A DNA stretch of 64,000 nucleotides, from NCBI GenBank assembly GCA_963728075.1, contig CAVSIP010000001.1, positions 147,799 to 211,798 of the forward strand. The letters are read 5' to 3'. The DNA is from an uncultured Actinomycetota bacterium (lineage in GTDB: Bacteria; Actinomycetota; Actinomycetes; JAFAQI01; DASSKL01). Of this stretch, positions 44,185 to 54,329 are shown one piece after another. The translations under genes were made by a program, and so were the position numbers. The first letter of the stretch is position 1. The number at the start of each line of letters is the position of its first letter. The notes under the pieces were generated by a model. The model was not told where the DNA came from. It made no database searches and worked only from the letters and a program-made list of their open reading frames with translations.

Positions 44185-45168
44185 TCAGGCCCGCGCGGCG
44201 ACGGCTTGCGCGTACAGGTGCCCGGCCCGGTACGAGGAGCGGACGAGGGGCCCGCTCATCACGCCGAGGAAGCCGAGCGCCAGGGCCTCGGCGCGTAGCT
44301 CGTCGAACTCCTCCGGGGTCACCCAGCGCTCAACTGGGTGGTGGCGGGGGGAGGGGCGCAGGTACTGCGTGATGGTGACCAGGTCACAGTGGGCAGCGCG
44401 CAGCTGGGCCAGCGCGTCGCTGATCTCCGCCCGCTCCTCCCCGAGGCCCAGGATGAGGTTCGACTTGGTGACCAGGCCGTCGTCGTGCGCGGCCCGCAGG
44501 ACGTCGAGGGACCGCTCGTACCGGAACCCCGGCCGGATCCGCCGGAAGACCCGCGGCACCGTCTCCACGTTGTGCGCCAGCACCTCGGGCCGCGTCCCGA
44601 AGACCTCGGCCAGCCGGTCCGGCGCCGCGTCGAAGTCGGGGATGAGCACCTCCACGCCGCATCCCGGCACCAGCTCGTGGATGGCGCGGACGGTCTCCGC
44701 GTACAGCCAGGCGCCACCGTCCGGCTGGTCGTCGCGGGCCACGCCCGTCACCGTCGCGTAGCGCAGCCCCATGGTCCGTACGGACTCCGCCACCCGGCGT
44801 GGCTCGTCGCGGTCCAGGGAGGCGGGCTTGCCGGTGTCGATCTGGCAGAAGTCGCAGCGCCGGGTGCACTGGTCGCCGCCGATGAGGAACGTCGCCTCGC
44901 GGTCCTCCCAGCACTCGAAGATGTTGGGGCAGCCGGCCTCCTCGCAGACCGTGTGCAGCCCCTCGCGCTGGACGAGGTCCTTCAGCGCGGTGAACTCCGG
45001 GCCGGTCCGCAGGCGGGTCTTGATCCAGGGCGGCTTGCGCTCGATCGGTACGGCCGCGTTGCGCGCCTCGACGCGCAGCAGCCGGCGCTCACCCGGTTCC
45101 ACAGCCACGACCCCAGCGTACGTCTGCAGCGGGGTGTCCCCATGCGGCCCCGGGGGAGAAATCCCCAT
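44185..45168 (-). CDS. lipA: lipoyl synthase (radical SAM)
   Basis: The sequence reads [16 protein letters not shown]...[12 protein letters not shown]...[13 protein letters not shown]. The start is uncertain: ATG at 45168, GTG at 45108 or 45102, or the ORF-track start at 45216. Confidence 0.9.
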   Translation of the reverse strand: MGISPPGPHGDTPLQTYAGVVAVEPGERRLLRVEARNAAVPIERKPPWIKTRLRTGPEFTALKDLVQREGLHTVCEEAGCPNIFECWEDREATFLIGGDQCTRRCDFCQIDTGKPASLDRDEPRRVAESVRTMGLRYATVTGVARDDQPDGGAWLYAETVRAIHELVPGCGVEVLIPDFDAAPDRLAEVFGTRPEVLAHNVETVPRVFRRIRPGFRYERSLDVLRAAHDDGLVTKSNLILGLGEERAEISDALAQLRAAHCDLVTITQYLRPSPRHHPVERWVTPEEFDELRAEALALGFLGVMSGPLVRSSYRAGHLYAQAVAARA

Positions 45169-45186
45169 CTTCTTGACCTGTTGCGC

Positions 45187-46467
45187 ATGCCGGTCAGAGT
45201 GGGTACATTCGAACACGTGTTCGAGTCTCCTGGGTCGTCGGCGGTGCTGGCGCAGGCGTGCGCCGAGCCGGACCCGGCCCGGGCGCTGGCCCTGGCCGCG
45301 ACGGTGGACGTCGCCTCGCTGAGCGAGGCGGAGCGGGTGGACCTGCTCGCCCTGGTCGGCCGGTTGGAACGGCAGGTCGCGGCGTGGAAGACCGGCCTGG
45401 TCGCCGCGGTCGCCGGCCCGGCCCCGACCGGCTCACACGACGACGCGGCGCTGGCGGTCGGCTGCGCGCTGGGGCTGTCCGTCCCGGTCGCCGCCGACCT
45501 GGTCGCCACCGCCCGGACCCTGCCCGACCTGCCGGCGGTCACCGCCGCGTTCGGTCGCGGGGAGCTGTCGGAGCGGCAGGTCGCGCTGGTCGCCCGCGGC
45601 TCCTGGTCCCTGCCCCGGCAGATGCTGGCCCGGTTCGAGGAGCTGATCCTCGAGCAGGCACCCGGGCAGGCGGCGGGGCAGACCCGCCGGCTGGTCACCA
45701 AGACCCTCGCCCGGCTCGACCCGGCCGGTCTGACCGCCCGCGAGGCTGCGGCGAAGGCGGACGCGGACGTGTACCTGACCCCGGCCGAGGACGGCACCGC
45801 GACCGTGACCGCCGTGCACGTGCCGGCCTACGACGCGGAGACCGTCCTCGCCGCGGTCGACGCCTACGCCCGCACCGCCAAGACCGGCGGAGATGAGCGC
45901 ACGTTGGGCCAGCTACGCGTCGCCGCCCTGGTCGACTGGGCCACGGCCTACCTGAGCGCACCCGGCGCCCCACGCTCCCACGGCCGGCGCATCCGCGTGC
46001 ACGTCACCGTCGACCTGCCCACCCTGCTCGGCCTGACCGACCACCCCGCCGAGCTCCCCTCCGGCACCATGATCCCCGCCCAGACGCTCCGCGAGCTCAT
46101 CGGCCAGTACGGCGCCGAGCTACGCCGCCTCGTCACCGACCCCGCCGGCCGGCTCCTCGACTACGCCACCACCCTCTACCGGCCCGGCCCCGACCTGGCC
46201 GAGGCGATCGCCGCCCGCTACGTCACCGCCACCACCCCCGGCGCCACCAGCCCCGCCCGCACAGCCGACCTCGACCACGACACCCCCCACGCCCAAGGCG
46301 GGCCGACCGCCTGGGACAACCTGCACCCACCCACCCGCTACGGCCACGTGACCAAGACCCACGGCCGCTGGCACACCCGGCTGCACCCCGACGGCACCGT
46401 CACCTGGACCGCACCCACCGGCCACACCTACAAAGTCCACCCCCACGACTACCGCCTCGGCCCGTAG
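45187..46467 (+). CDS. DUF222 / REP13E12-type protein with degenerate HNH endonuclease C-terminus
   Basis: This is the tail of ORF 44338-46467. The ATG at 45187 (or the GTG at 45199) precedes ...[31 protein letters not shown]...[14 protein letters not shown]... It ends [37 protein letters not shown]...[13 protein letters not shown]. The Cys residues that usually flank the HNH core are absent. Confidence 0.7.
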   Translation: MPVRVGTFEHVFESPGSSAVLAQACAEPDPARALALAATVDVASLSEAERVDLLALVGRLERQVAAWKTGLVAAVAGPAPTGSHDDAALAVGCALGLSVPVAADLVATARTLPDLPAVTAAFGRGELSERQVALVARGSWSLPRQMLARFEELILEQAPGQAAGQTRRLVTKTLARLDPAGLTAREAAAKADADVYLTPAEDGTATVTAVHVPAYDAETVLAAVDAYARTAKTGGDERTLGQLRVAALVDWATAYLSAPGAPRSHGRRIRVHVTVDLPTLLGLTDHPAELPSGTMIPAQTLRELIGQYGAELRRLVTDPAGRLLDYATTLYRPGPDLAEAIAARYVTATTPGATSPARTADLDHDTPHAQGGPTAWDNLHPPTRYGHVTKTHGRWHTRLHPDGTVTWTAPTGHTYKVHPHDYRLGP

Positions 46468-46985
46468 TCACCGGCCACACCCCGTTCCACCTCGCGCAGG
46501 CCGAACCAGTCTGCGATGGCGTCCGCGGTGTCCTCGAGCTCGGCGCCCTGGACGACGGCCTCGGCGAACAGCGCGTCGCGCTCGAGCAGGTGCTCCAGCC
46601 CCGCAGCCGGATCCGACGTACGCCGCCAGAACTGCTGCTGCGACGCCCGCTCGGCGAACACTGCCCGGCGCATCGTCGGCGTCCCGACCAGCCACACCGC
46701 CCGTCGCGGGTCGTCGATGAGCGGGGCGACAAGACGGGGGAGCAGCCGGAAGCCCTCGCGGTCGGTTCCGCGGTCACCCAGCGGCTCGTCCATGCTCAGT
46801 GCTGCGAACCGGGCAAGCAGCGGAGCATCGGCACCGGGGTCCGCCCCGTGGGTGCGGATGGCCACGTCGGTGCTGTACGTACGCAGGTCGAAGCGCCGGG
46901 CGAGCGTGGCGGTCACGGCGGTCTTCCCGCTGCCGCTGGCACCACCGATCCAGCGCACGTGCCGCAGCTGCGCCGCCTCAGGCAC
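46449..46985 (-). CDS. P-loop NTPase (AAA/kinase-like), short
   Basis: The GTG at 46985 lies 2 nt after the lipB stop. Walker A reads WIGGASGSGKTAVTATLARR. The upstream part of the 224-aa ORF overlaps lipB. The 3' end overlaps the DUF222 gene by 19 nt. Confidence 0.6.
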   Translation of the reverse strand: MPEAAQLRHVRWIGGASGSGKTAVTATLARRFDLRTYSTDVAIRTHGADPGADAPLLARFAALSMDEPLGDRGTDREGFRLLPRLVAPLIDDPRRAVWLVGTPTMRRAVFAERASQQQFWRRTSDPAAGLEHLLERDALFAEAVVQGAELEDTADAIADWFGLREVERGVAGDYGPRR

Positions 46986-46987
46986 GG

Positions 46988-47641
46988 CTAGCGGGATGCG
47001 GCAGGCTCCGCCGCCAGCACCGCTTGCACCTGGCGCTGCACCATCGGCAGCACCTCGGTCACGGTCACCGGCCGACCCGTCTCCTTCGACAGCGAGGTCA
47101 CGCCGGCGTCGCTGATGCCGCAAGGCACGATGCGGTCGAACCAGGACAGGTCGCAGTCACAGTTGAGTGCGAAGCCGTGCATGGCCACGCCGCGAGCGAC
47201 GCGTACGCCGATCGCCGCGACCTTGCGCTCCGGTCCGCGGTCGTCGGCCGGCACCCACACCCCGCTGCGCCCGGAGACCCGCACGGTCGGCACCCCCACC
47301 TCGGCGCAGACGTCGATGAGCGCCTGCTCGAGCCGCAGAACGTAGCCCACGACGTCCATCGGCTCCGGCAGCCGCACGATCGGGTAGCCGGTGAGCTGTC
47401 CGGGGCCGTGCCAGGTGATCTTGCCGCCGCGGTCGACGTCCACGATCGGCGCGCCCGGGTCGCTGACCGGACGCTCCCACGCCTCGGTGCGCTTGCCGGC
47501 CGTGTACACCGGGTCGTGCTCCAGCAGCACCACGGTGTCGCCGATCTCGCCGGCGACCCGCTGCTCGTGCAGCCGCCGCTGGTTCGCCCAGGCCTCGTCG
47601 TACGCCACCCGCCCCGGCGTGACGAACGTGATCTCGGCCAT
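46988..47641 (-). CDS. lipB: lipoyl(octanoyl) transferase
   Basis: The ATG at 47641 gives [26 protein letters not shown]...[18 protein letters not shown]...[21 protein letters not shown] (217 aa). Confidence 0.9.
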   Translation of the reverse strand: MAEITFVTPGRVAYDEAWANQRRLHEQRVAGEIGDTVVLLEHDPVYTAGKRTEAWERPVSDPGAPIVDVDRGGKITWHGPGQLTGYPIVRLPEPMDVVGYVLRLEQALIDVCAEVGVPTVRVSGRSGVWVPADDRGPERKVAAIGVRVARGVAMHGFALNCDCDLSWFDRIVPCGISDAGVTSLSKETGRPVTVTEVLPMVQRQVQAVLAAEPAASR

Positions 47642-47664
47642 GGGCCGAGGGTACGCCCGCAGGC

Positions 47665-48819
47665 TCAGCGCCGCCGGTTGCGCTGGATGAGCTGGCGGAC
47701 GATCACGTTGCGCTGGATCTCGTTCGTGCCCTCGCCGACGATCATCAGCGGTGCGTCCCGGAAGTAGCGCTCGACGTCGACCTCTGTCGAGTATCCCTGG
47801 GCGCCGTGCACTCGCATCGCCGACAGCGTCACCTCCATGCACGCCTCGGAGGCGAACAGCTTGGCCATCCCCGCCTCCAGGTCGGCGCGGGCGCCGCTGT
47901 CGTAGACGTCCGCGGCGTGCAGGACCAGCCGCCGAGCCGCCTCGACCTTCGTGGCCATGTCGGCCAGCTGATGGCCCACGGCCTGGTGCTGCCAGATCGG
48001 GACGCCGAAGCTCTCCCGTTCCTGCGCGTACGCGATCGAGTCGTCCAGTGCCGCCTGGGCGACTCCGACGCCGCGCGCGGCCACCTGGATACGCCCGAGC
48101 TCGAGTCCCGACATGAACTGCGCGAACCCCTGGCCCTCCTCGCCACCCAGCAGCTGCTCCGCCGGGACGTGCACGTCCGTGAAGGACATCTCGCAGGTCT
48201 CGACACCCTTGTAGCCGAGCTTCGGCAGGTCCCGGGAGACCTCGTAGCCGTACGCCGGCTCCAGCAGCAGGATGCTGATCCCGCGGTGGGAGGGGTCGGC
48301 GTCCGGGTTGGTCTTGCACAGCAGGGCGATCACCCCGGCGCGCCGGGCGTTGGTGATCCACATCTTCGCGCCGTTGACCACGTACTCGTCGCCGGAGCGG
48401 ATCGCGCGCGTCCGCATCGCCTGCAGGTCCGAGCCGCCGCCGGGCTCGGTGAGCGCCATCGCGCCGCGGATCTCACCGGCGGCCATTCTCGGCAGGTAGC
48501 GCTGCTTCTGCTCCTCGGTGCCGAACCGGCGCAGCATCGTCGCCACCACCGAGTGCCCGCCCATCGCGCCCGCCAGGGTCATCCAGCCGCGGGAGAGCTG
48601 CTCGGTGACCGTGGCGAAGCACCGGGTGGACACGCCGATGCCACCGTACTCGGGCGGGATCACCAGCGCGAAGACGCCGACGTCCTTCATCGTCTCGACG
48701 AGGTCCTCGGGGAACGTGTCGCTGTGCTCGAGGTCGCGGGCGACGGGACGCACCCGGCGGTCCACGAACTCGGTGACGACGTCGACGATGTCCTGTTCCT
48801 GCTCCGTCAGCTGGCTCAC
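47665..48819 (-). CDS. acyl-CoA dehydrogenase
   Basis: 384-aa ORF reading [14 protein letters not shown]...[11 protein letters not shown]...[19 protein letters not shown]. Confidence 0.9.
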   Translation of the reverse strand: MSQLTEQEQDIVDVVTEFVDRRVRPVARDLEHSDTFPEDLVETMKDVGVFALVIPPEYGGIGVSTRCFATVTEQLSRGWMTLAGAMGGHSVVATMLRRFGTEEQKQRYLPRMAAGEIRGAMALTEPGGGSDLQAMRTRAIRSGDEYVVNGAKMWITNARRAGVIALLCKTNPDADPSHRGISILLLEPAYGYEVSRDLPKLGYKGVETCEMSFTDVHVPAEQLLGGEEGQGFAQFMSGLELGRIQVAARGVGVAQAALDDSIAYAQERESFGVPIWQHQAVGHQLADMATKVEAARRLVLHAADVYDSGARADLEAGMAKLFASEACMEVTLSAMRVHGAQGYSTEVDVERYFRDAPLMIVGEGTNEIQRNVIVRQLIQRNRRR

Positions 48820-48836
48820 CGTCCCATCATGGCGGT

Positions 48837-49202
48837 ATGCGCATCCCCATCCACTTCAGTCGCTGGTTCGTGCCGCTCGCGGTCCTCACCGGCATGCCGC
48901 CCGCGCGATGCCACCTCGACGTGGGCGCGGACGAGGTGCACGTCGTCATGGGGTGGGCGTTCCAGGGCAGGCTGCCCCGCTCGGTGATCGCCTCCGCCAC
49001 CGCGACGCACGTCGGCCTCTGGGCGGGGATCGGCGTGCACGGCTGGCGGGGCACCTGGGTGGTCAACGGCTCGCTGCGCCGGATGGTCGAGCTGCGTCTC
49101 GCGGCGCCCGTACGGGCCCGCGTGCTCGGGTTCCCCGTCAGGCTGCGGCGGCTCTTCGTGAGCGTCGAGGATCCGGCCGGTCTCCTCGCCGCGCTGGCCT
49201 GA
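48837..49202 (+). CDS. hypothetical protein (121 aa)
   Basis: The ATG ORF is divergent from the acyl-CoA dehydrogenase gene (17-nt spacer). GC3 is high. I do not recognise a family. Confidence 0.5.
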   Translation: MRIPIHFSRWFVPLAVLTGMPPARCHLDVGADEVHVVMGWAFQGRLPRSVIASATATHVGLWAGIGVHGWRGTWVVNGSLRRMVELRLAAPVRARVLGFPVRLRRLFVSVEDPAGLLAALA

Positions 49203-49253
49203 CCCTGTGGACAGCGGCAGCGGGCACGCCGTCGCTGCTGCTTGCATCGCCCC

Positions 49254-50408
49254 GTGCGATGGGAGCTGCCGGGCTGTGATGCGCTGCGGCTGACCGGCGT
49301 CAGCGGAGACCTGCAGACCTGGACGGGACGTGACGCCGCAACCGGTCGACGGGTCGTGGTGACCCGCTGGTGCGGTGGTGAGGGCGCTGACCTGCCCCGG
49401 TACGACGAGGCGCACCTCGCGCGCCGGATCGCGGTGCTGAGCATCGACGGCGACGCGGTGCTCGTGGAGGAGGCGCCCGCCGCAGGGACGCTGGCGGAGC
49501 TGCTGGCACGGCGCGGCCCGCTGTCCACGGGGGAGACCGTCACCGCGCTGCTGCCGCTGGCCGAGACCCTCGAGCGGCTGCACGCCGGTGGTACGGCGCA
49601 CGGCCGCGTCGGCCCCGACACCGTCGGGTTCGGCGCGGACGGCCGCCCGGTGCTCCTGGGCGCGGGCCTCGGTGGGCGCGTTGCAGCCGCACAGGACGAC
49701 GTGCGCGCCCTCGCGGCACTGGCCGGGCTGCCCCCGGCGGCCGACGCCGGCGAGCTCGCCGACCGGCTGCGTGGGCTGGCCACGCCGGTGCCGGTGTCCT
49801 TGGCCGCGGCGCCGGCCGCGCCGGTTCGCCGGGGGAGCTCCCGCCGGCCGCTGGCCGTCGGCGCGGCCGGCGCCGTACTGGTCGGCTGTGTGCTGGTCGT
49901 GGCCGGGCGCGCGGGCGGGCAGAGCGCACCCGCTGCGGCTCCGGCGTCGGATGCGCCGTCCGTTGCGGCGATGTCCGCGACCGCCCCGGCCGCCGACTGG
50001 CAGGCGGTGGTCACCGACCTCGAGCGCCGCCGGGGGGCGGCCCTGCGTGCGCTCGACGTCACTGCCCTGCGTGGCCTGTTCGCTCCCGGCTCGTCGCAGC
50101 TGGCCGCCGACCTCGACGCGGTGCAGCGGCTGACCCGCGGTGGGCTGCGCCCCACGGGACCGCAGATGCACGTCCGCAAGGTCACCCTGCTCCAGCGCGA
50201 CGCGACGCGCGCGCAGCTCCGCGTGGTGGACGACCGTGCGGCGTACGACCTGCTGGACGCAGCGGGCAGGATCGCCCAGCACGTCGCGGGCCGCCCGGCG
50301 ACCGCCTTCCGTCTGACGCTCGCCTGGACCGGCGGGCACTGGCTGCTCGCCGACGTCGTCAGAGCAGGGCGCCCAGCGTCTCCTCCACCCGCGGGTAACG
50401 GAAGCTGA
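49254..50408 (+). CDS. membrane-spanning pseudokinase (degenerate Ser/Thr kinase-like domain, TM, NTF2/SnoaL-like ectodomain)
   Basis: The kinase-like scaffold reads VLVEEAPAAGTLAELL...ALLPLAETLERLHAGGTAHGRVGPDTVGFGADGRPVLLGAGLG. HGR stands where HRD is expected and GAG where DFG is expected. There is no GxGxxG loop and no VAIK lysine. The TM is LAVGAAGAVLVGCVLVVAG. The start is GTG 49254 or TTG 49242. Confidence 0.6.
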   Translation: MRWELPGCDALRLTGVSGDLQTWTGRDAATGRRVVVTRWCGGEGADLPRYDEAHLARRIAVLSIDGDAVLVEEAPAAGTLAELLARRGPLSTGETVTALLPLAETLERLHAGGTAHGRVGPDTVGFGADGRPVLLGAGLGGRVAAAQDDVRALAALAGLPPAADAGELADRLRGLATPVPVSLAAAPAAPVRRGSSRRPLAVGAAGAVLVGCVLVVAGRAGGQSAPAAAPASDAPSVAAMSATAPAADWQAVVTDLERRRGAALRALDVTALRGLFAPGSSQLAADLDAVQRLTRGGLRPTGPQMHVRKVTLLQRDATRAQLRVVDDRAAYDLLDAAGRIAQHVAGRPATAFRLTLAWTGGHWLLADVVRAGRPASPPPAGNGS

Positions 50409-51246
50409 AGCCCGACTCCGCCAAGCGTCCAGGCACCCCGCGGACGCTGGCGAGCAGTCCCTCGTCGGCGAACTCCCCGAGTGCGATCCGCAGGGCGAAC
50501 GCCGGTACGGGCAGCACGGCGGGGCGGTGCAGCGCCCGGCCGAGGGCGCGGGTCAGCTCGGCGTTGCGGACCGGCTCCGGCGAGGTGAGGTTGGCACCGC
50601 CGCTGATGCTGTCGTCGTCGATCAGCCGCCGTACGGCCGCGATGTGGTCGGGCAGGGCGATCCAGCTCCACCACTGCCGGCCCGTGCCGAGCGGGCCGCC
50701 GAGACCCAGACGGAAGATCGAGAGCATGCGCCCGAGCGCCCCGCCCTGGGCCAGGACGATGCCGCTGCGCATGCACGCGACGCGGATGCCGGCCTGGGCC
50801 GCTGCGGCGGTGGCGGCCTCCCACTGTCCGCAGACGTCGGCGAGGAACCCCTCGCCACGAGGTATGGACTCGTCGACGACGGTGTCCCCGCGGTCGCCGT
50901 AGTAGTTGATGCCCGAGGCCGACACGAGCACGCGCGGTGGCTGGTCGAGGTCCGCGAGGGCCTCGCTCAGCAGCGTCGTGCCCTCGACCCGACTGCTCCG
51001 GATCACCTGCTTGTACTCGCCGCTCCAACGGTGGTCGCCCAGCCCGGCCCCGGCCAGATGCACGACGGCGTCGGTGCCCTCGAGTGCGGCCCGGTCGACG
51101 TTGCCCGCGCCGGGGTCCCAGGACGCCTCGTCCGCCGTGCGAGCGGTCCGGCGCACGAGCCGTACGACGTCGTGGCCGTCGGAGCGGAGGCTCTCGACCA
51201 GCGCCGAGCCGATGAGGCCGGACGCGCCCGTGACCGCGACACGCAT
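50359..51246 (-). CDS. TIGR01777 (YfcH-like) epimerase-family protein with DUF1731 C-terminus
   Basis: The ATG at 51246 gives MRVAVTGASGLIGSALVESL...; the C-terminus is SGFSFRYPRVEETLGALL. It holds the Rv2216-like slot next to the E2 gene. Confidence 0.85.
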   Translation of the reverse strand: MRVAVTGASGLIGSALVESLRSDGHDVVRLVRRTARTADEASWDPGAGNVDRAALEGTDAVVHLAGAGLGDHRWSGEYKQVIRSSRVEGTTLLSEALADLDQPPRVLVSASGINYYGDRGDTVVDESIPRGEGFLADVCGQWEAATAAAAQAGIRVACMRSGIVLAQGGALGRMLSIFRLGLGGPLGTGRQWWSWIALPDHIAAVRRLIDDDSISGGANLTSPEPVRNAELTRALGRALHRPAVLPVPAFALRIALGEFADEGLLASVRGVPGRLAESGFSFRYPRVEETLGALL

Positions 51247-51251
51247 GGCCG

Positions 51252-52739
51252 TTAGAGGCCCAGGTCCGAGGCGAAGTCGCCCTCCTCGAGGCGTTCCTTC
51301 ACCGTCGCGAGGAAGCGGGCGGCGTCCGCGCCGTCCACGAGCCGGTGGTCGTAGGTGAGCGCGAGGTACATCATCCGCCGCACCGCGATCACCTCGCCGA
51401 GGTCGGGGTCGTCGACGACGACGGCCCGCTTGACCACCGCACCGGTACCGAGGATGCCGACCTGGGGCTGGTTGATGATCGGCGTGTCGAAGACTGCCCC
51501 GCGCGACCCGGTGTTGGTCAACGTGAAGGTGCCGCCGCCGAGCTCGTCCGGGCTCACCTGGTTGTGGCGCGTGCGCTCCGCGAGGTCGGCGATCTTGCGC
51601 GCCAGTCCGGCGATGTTGAGGTCGCCGGCGTCGTGGATCACCGGGACGAGCAGGCCGCGTTCGGTGTCGACCGCGACGCCGAGGTGCACGCCCTCGTGAT
51701 AGGTCACCGTGCCCTCGTCCAGGTCGATCGACGCGTTGACGTTCGGGTGCGCCTTGAGGGCCTCGCAGGTGGCGAGCGCGAAGAACGGCAGGTAGCGCAG
51801 GCGGACGCCCTCGCGGGCCTCGAAGTCCGCACCTGCCTGCTCGATCAGCCGGGCGATGCCGGTGACGTCCGCCTCCACCACCGTGGTCAGCTGGGCGCTG
51901 GTCTGCAGCGACTCGGTCATGCGCTCGGCGATGACCTGCCGCAGGCGCGAGAGGCGCTCCGTGCGCCCACGCGCCGGCGCCGCGGCCGCCGGTCGCGCGG
52001 CCGGCGGCCGCTGACCCTGCGGTGCCGGCCGCGGCGGCTGCTGCGCCGTCGGCGCAGCAGCGGGGGTGGGTTGCGGCGGTGCCGCAGGCCGCTCCCCGGC
52101 CGGCTGGGCGGCGCCTCCGGCCCGGGCGGCGTCGAGCACGTCCTGCTTGCGGATCCGGCCACCGACACCGGTGCCGCGGACGTTCGCCAGGTCGACGCCG
52201 TGCTCGGCCGCGAGCTTGCGGACCAGCGGGGTGACGTACGCGTCGCCCTGGTTGTCCTCCGCCCCCGCTGCCGCCGGCTGCGGCGGGGCAGCGGGCTGCT
52301 GCTGCGGGCTCGGCTGCGCCGGGGGTTCCGGGGCCGTCCGCGCCGGAGCCTCCGCGGCCGCCGGCGGCTCGGCGGGGGACGGGACTGCCTGCTGTGCGGC
52401 CGGCACCTCCTGGGCCGGCTCGTCCTGGGCGGGGGCCGGCTGGGCGGGCTCGGGCTGCTCGGGCTGGGCCTGCTCGGCGGCCGGCTGGGCGCCACTGCCC
52501 TCGCCCTCGTCGATGACCGCCAGCTCGGCGCCCACCTCGACCGTCTCGTCCTCCGACACCCGGATGGAGCTCAGGACGCCGGACGCCGGAGCCGGGATCT
52601 CCGTGTCGACCTTGTCGGTGGAGACCTCGAGCAGCGGCTCGTCGGCCTCGACCCGCTCGCCTTCCTTCTTGAGCCAGCGGGTGATCGTGCCCTCGGACAC
52701 GCTCTCGCCGAGACGCGGCATGGTGACGGAGACGGCCAT
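51252..52739 (-). CDS. sucB: dihydrolipoamide acyltransferase E2 (2-oxoacid dehydrogenase complex)
   Basis: The lipoyl domain reads [14 protein letters not shown] Pro/Ala linker follows, then the PSBD ([33 protein letters not shown]). The catalytic motif reads [16 protein letters not shown]. Confidence 0.9.
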   Translation of the reverse strand: MAVSVTMPRLGESVSEGTITRWLKKEGERVEADEPLLEVSTDKVDTEIPAPASGVLSSIRVSEDETVEVGAELAVIDEGEGSGAQPAAEQAQPEQPEPAQPAPAQDEPAQEVPAAQQAVPSPAEPPAAAEAPARTAPEPPAQPSPQQQPAAPPQPAAAGAEDNQGDAYVTPLVRKLAAEHGVDLANVRGTGVGGRIRKQDVLDAARAGGAAQPAGERPAAPPQPTPAAAPTAQQPPRPAPQGQRPPAARPAAAAPARGRTERLSRLRQVIAERMTESLQTSAQLTTVVEADVTGIARLIEQAGADFEAREGVRLRYLPFFALATCEALKAHPNVNASIDLDEGTVTYHEGVHLGVAVDTERGLLVPVIHDAGDLNIAGLARKIADLAERTRHNQVSPDELGGGTFTLTNTGSRGAVFDTPIINQPQVGILGTGAVVKRAVVVDDPDLGEVIAVRRMMYLALTYDHRLVDGADAARFLATVKERLEEGDFASDLGL

Positions 52740-52787
52740 CGGTTTCCTGGCTCCTTCGACTGGTGCGGGTGGTGGCCTGGAGAGGTC

Positions 52788-54167
52788 CTACCCGTGGGTG
52801 TGCAGCGGCTTGCCGGCGAGTGCGAGGTGCGCTTCGCCGAGGGCCTCGGAGAGGGTCGGGTGCGGGTGGACGAGCTGGGCCACCTCGGTCGGCAGTGCCT
52901 CCCAGTTGGTGATGAGCTGTGCCTCGGCGATGAGGTCGCCGACGCGGGCGCCGACCATGTGGATCCCGAGCACGGGGCCGTCCTTGGCGGCGACCACCTT
53001 GACCGCGCCACTCGTACGCAGGATCTGCGCCCGGCCGTTGCCCGCGAGGTCGTAGCTGTACTCCACGACCTCGTGACCGAGTTCCCCGGCCTGTGCGGAG
53101 GTGAGCCCCACCGAGGCCACCTCCGGCTCGGAGTAGGTGATCTTCGGGACGTTCACGTAGTCCACCGGCACGGGGCTGAGGCCGGCGATCTGCTCGGCGA
53201 TGAGGATGCCCTCGGCGAAGCCGACGTGGGCGAGCTGCAGGCCCGGCCGCAGGTCGCCCAGGGCGTAGACGCCGTCGACGTTGGTCCGGCAGTACTCGTC
53301 CACGAGGACGAAGCCGCGATCCATGCGGACGCCCACCTCGTCGAAGCCCAGCCCTTCGGACACCGGCCCGCGACCGACAGCCACGAGCAGCAGCTCTGCC
53401 GAGATGGTCTCGCCGTTCTCGAGGCTCACCGTGACGCCGTTGTCGGCGACCTTGGCATCGGAGAACCGCTCGCCGATCTTGAAGGCGATCCCGCGCTTGC
53501 GGAAGGCGCGCTCGAGGAGCTTGGAACTCGACTCGTCCTCGGTCGGCAGCAGGTGGGGGAGCGCCTCCACGATCGTCACCTCGGCGCCGAGTGACCGCCA
53601 GATGCTCGCGAACTCGACGCCGATCACGCCGCCGCCGAGCACGACGACGGAGCCCGGCACCCGGTCCAGCCGCAGCGCGTGCTCGCTGGTGATGATCCGC
53701 TCGCCGTCGATCTGCAGACCGGGCAGGGAACGCGGCTGCGACCCGGTGGCGAGCACCACCGCCTTGGTCGCCTCGCACCGGGTGTCGCCGGCCTGCACGG
53801 CGTTCGGGGCGACCAGCCGCCCCTCACCCTCGACGACGGTGATGCCGCGGCTGTTCACCAGGCCCTGCAGGCCCTTCCAGAGCCGGTTGACGACGCCGTC
53901 CTTGTACGCGTGCAGCGCCGCCATGTCCACGCCGTCGAAGGTCGCCTTGATGCCGACGGCCTCACTCTCCTTGGCCGCGTCGGCGACCTCCGCGCTGTGC
54001 AGGAGCGCCTTCGTCGGAATACAGCCCCGGTGCAGGCAGGTGCCGCCGACCCGGTCCCGTTCGACCATGATCACCGACAGTCCCAGCTCCGCCGCTCGCA
54101 GCGCGCAGGCGTACCCGCCGGTGCCCGCCCCGAGGATGACGATGTCGGCCGACTGGGTCTCCGCCAC
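52788..54167 (-). CDS. lpdA: dihydrolipoyl dehydrogenase E3
   Basis: The sequence reads DIVILGAGTGGYACALRAAELG...GGTCLHRGCIPTKALL. 459 aa. Confidence 0.95.
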   Translation of the reverse strand: MAETQSADIVILGAGTGGYACALRAAELGLSVIMVERDRVGGTCLHRGCIPTKALLHSAEVADAAKESEAVGIKATFDGVDMAALHAYKDGVVNRLWKGLQGLVNSRGITVVEGEGRLVAPNAVQAGDTRCEATKAVVLATGSQPRSLPGLQIDGERIITSEHALRLDRVPGSVVVLGGGVIGVEFASIWRSLGAEVTIVEALPHLLPTEDESSSKLLERAFRKRGIAFKIGERFSDAKVADNGVTVSLENGETISAELLLVAVGRGPVSEGLGFDEVGVRMDRGFVLVDEYCRTNVDGVYALGDLRPGLQLAHVGFAEGILIAEQIAGLSPVPVDYVNVPKITYSEPEVASVGLTSAQAGELGHEVVEYSYDLAGNGRAQILRTSGAVKVVAAKDGPVLGIHMVGARVGDLIAEAQLITNWEALPTEVAQLVHPHPTLSEALGEAHLALAGKPLHTHG

Positions 54168-54279
54168 GTTCTGCTCCCGGTACGACGTTGTCCGTGATCC
54201 GTGCTCGCCTCATCTTTGCACTGCCCACCGGAGCGCCGACGAACGCGTGAAGCGGTCGAGAAGGTTGCCCCTCGCAGAC

Positions 54280-54316
54280 GAGGACCGGGCCCGGCGCGCC
54301 GCCGGACCCGGTCCTC
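54280..54316 (-). terminator. hairpin downstream of the repeat-protein gene
   Basis: GAGGACCGGG (54280-54289) pairs with CCCGGTCCTC (54307-54316). It starts 14 nt beyond the stop at 54330. There is no U tract. Confidence 0.4.
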
Positions 54317-54329
54317 GAGGGGCATGCAG

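Noticed and set aside
45195-45235. GTTCGAGTC motif resembling a tRNA T-loop next to the DUF222 gene
   Set aside because: The flanking bases (ACGTG / CTCCT) cannot form a T-stem. No acceptor or anticodon arms can be drawn. It lies inside the DUF222 coding start region.
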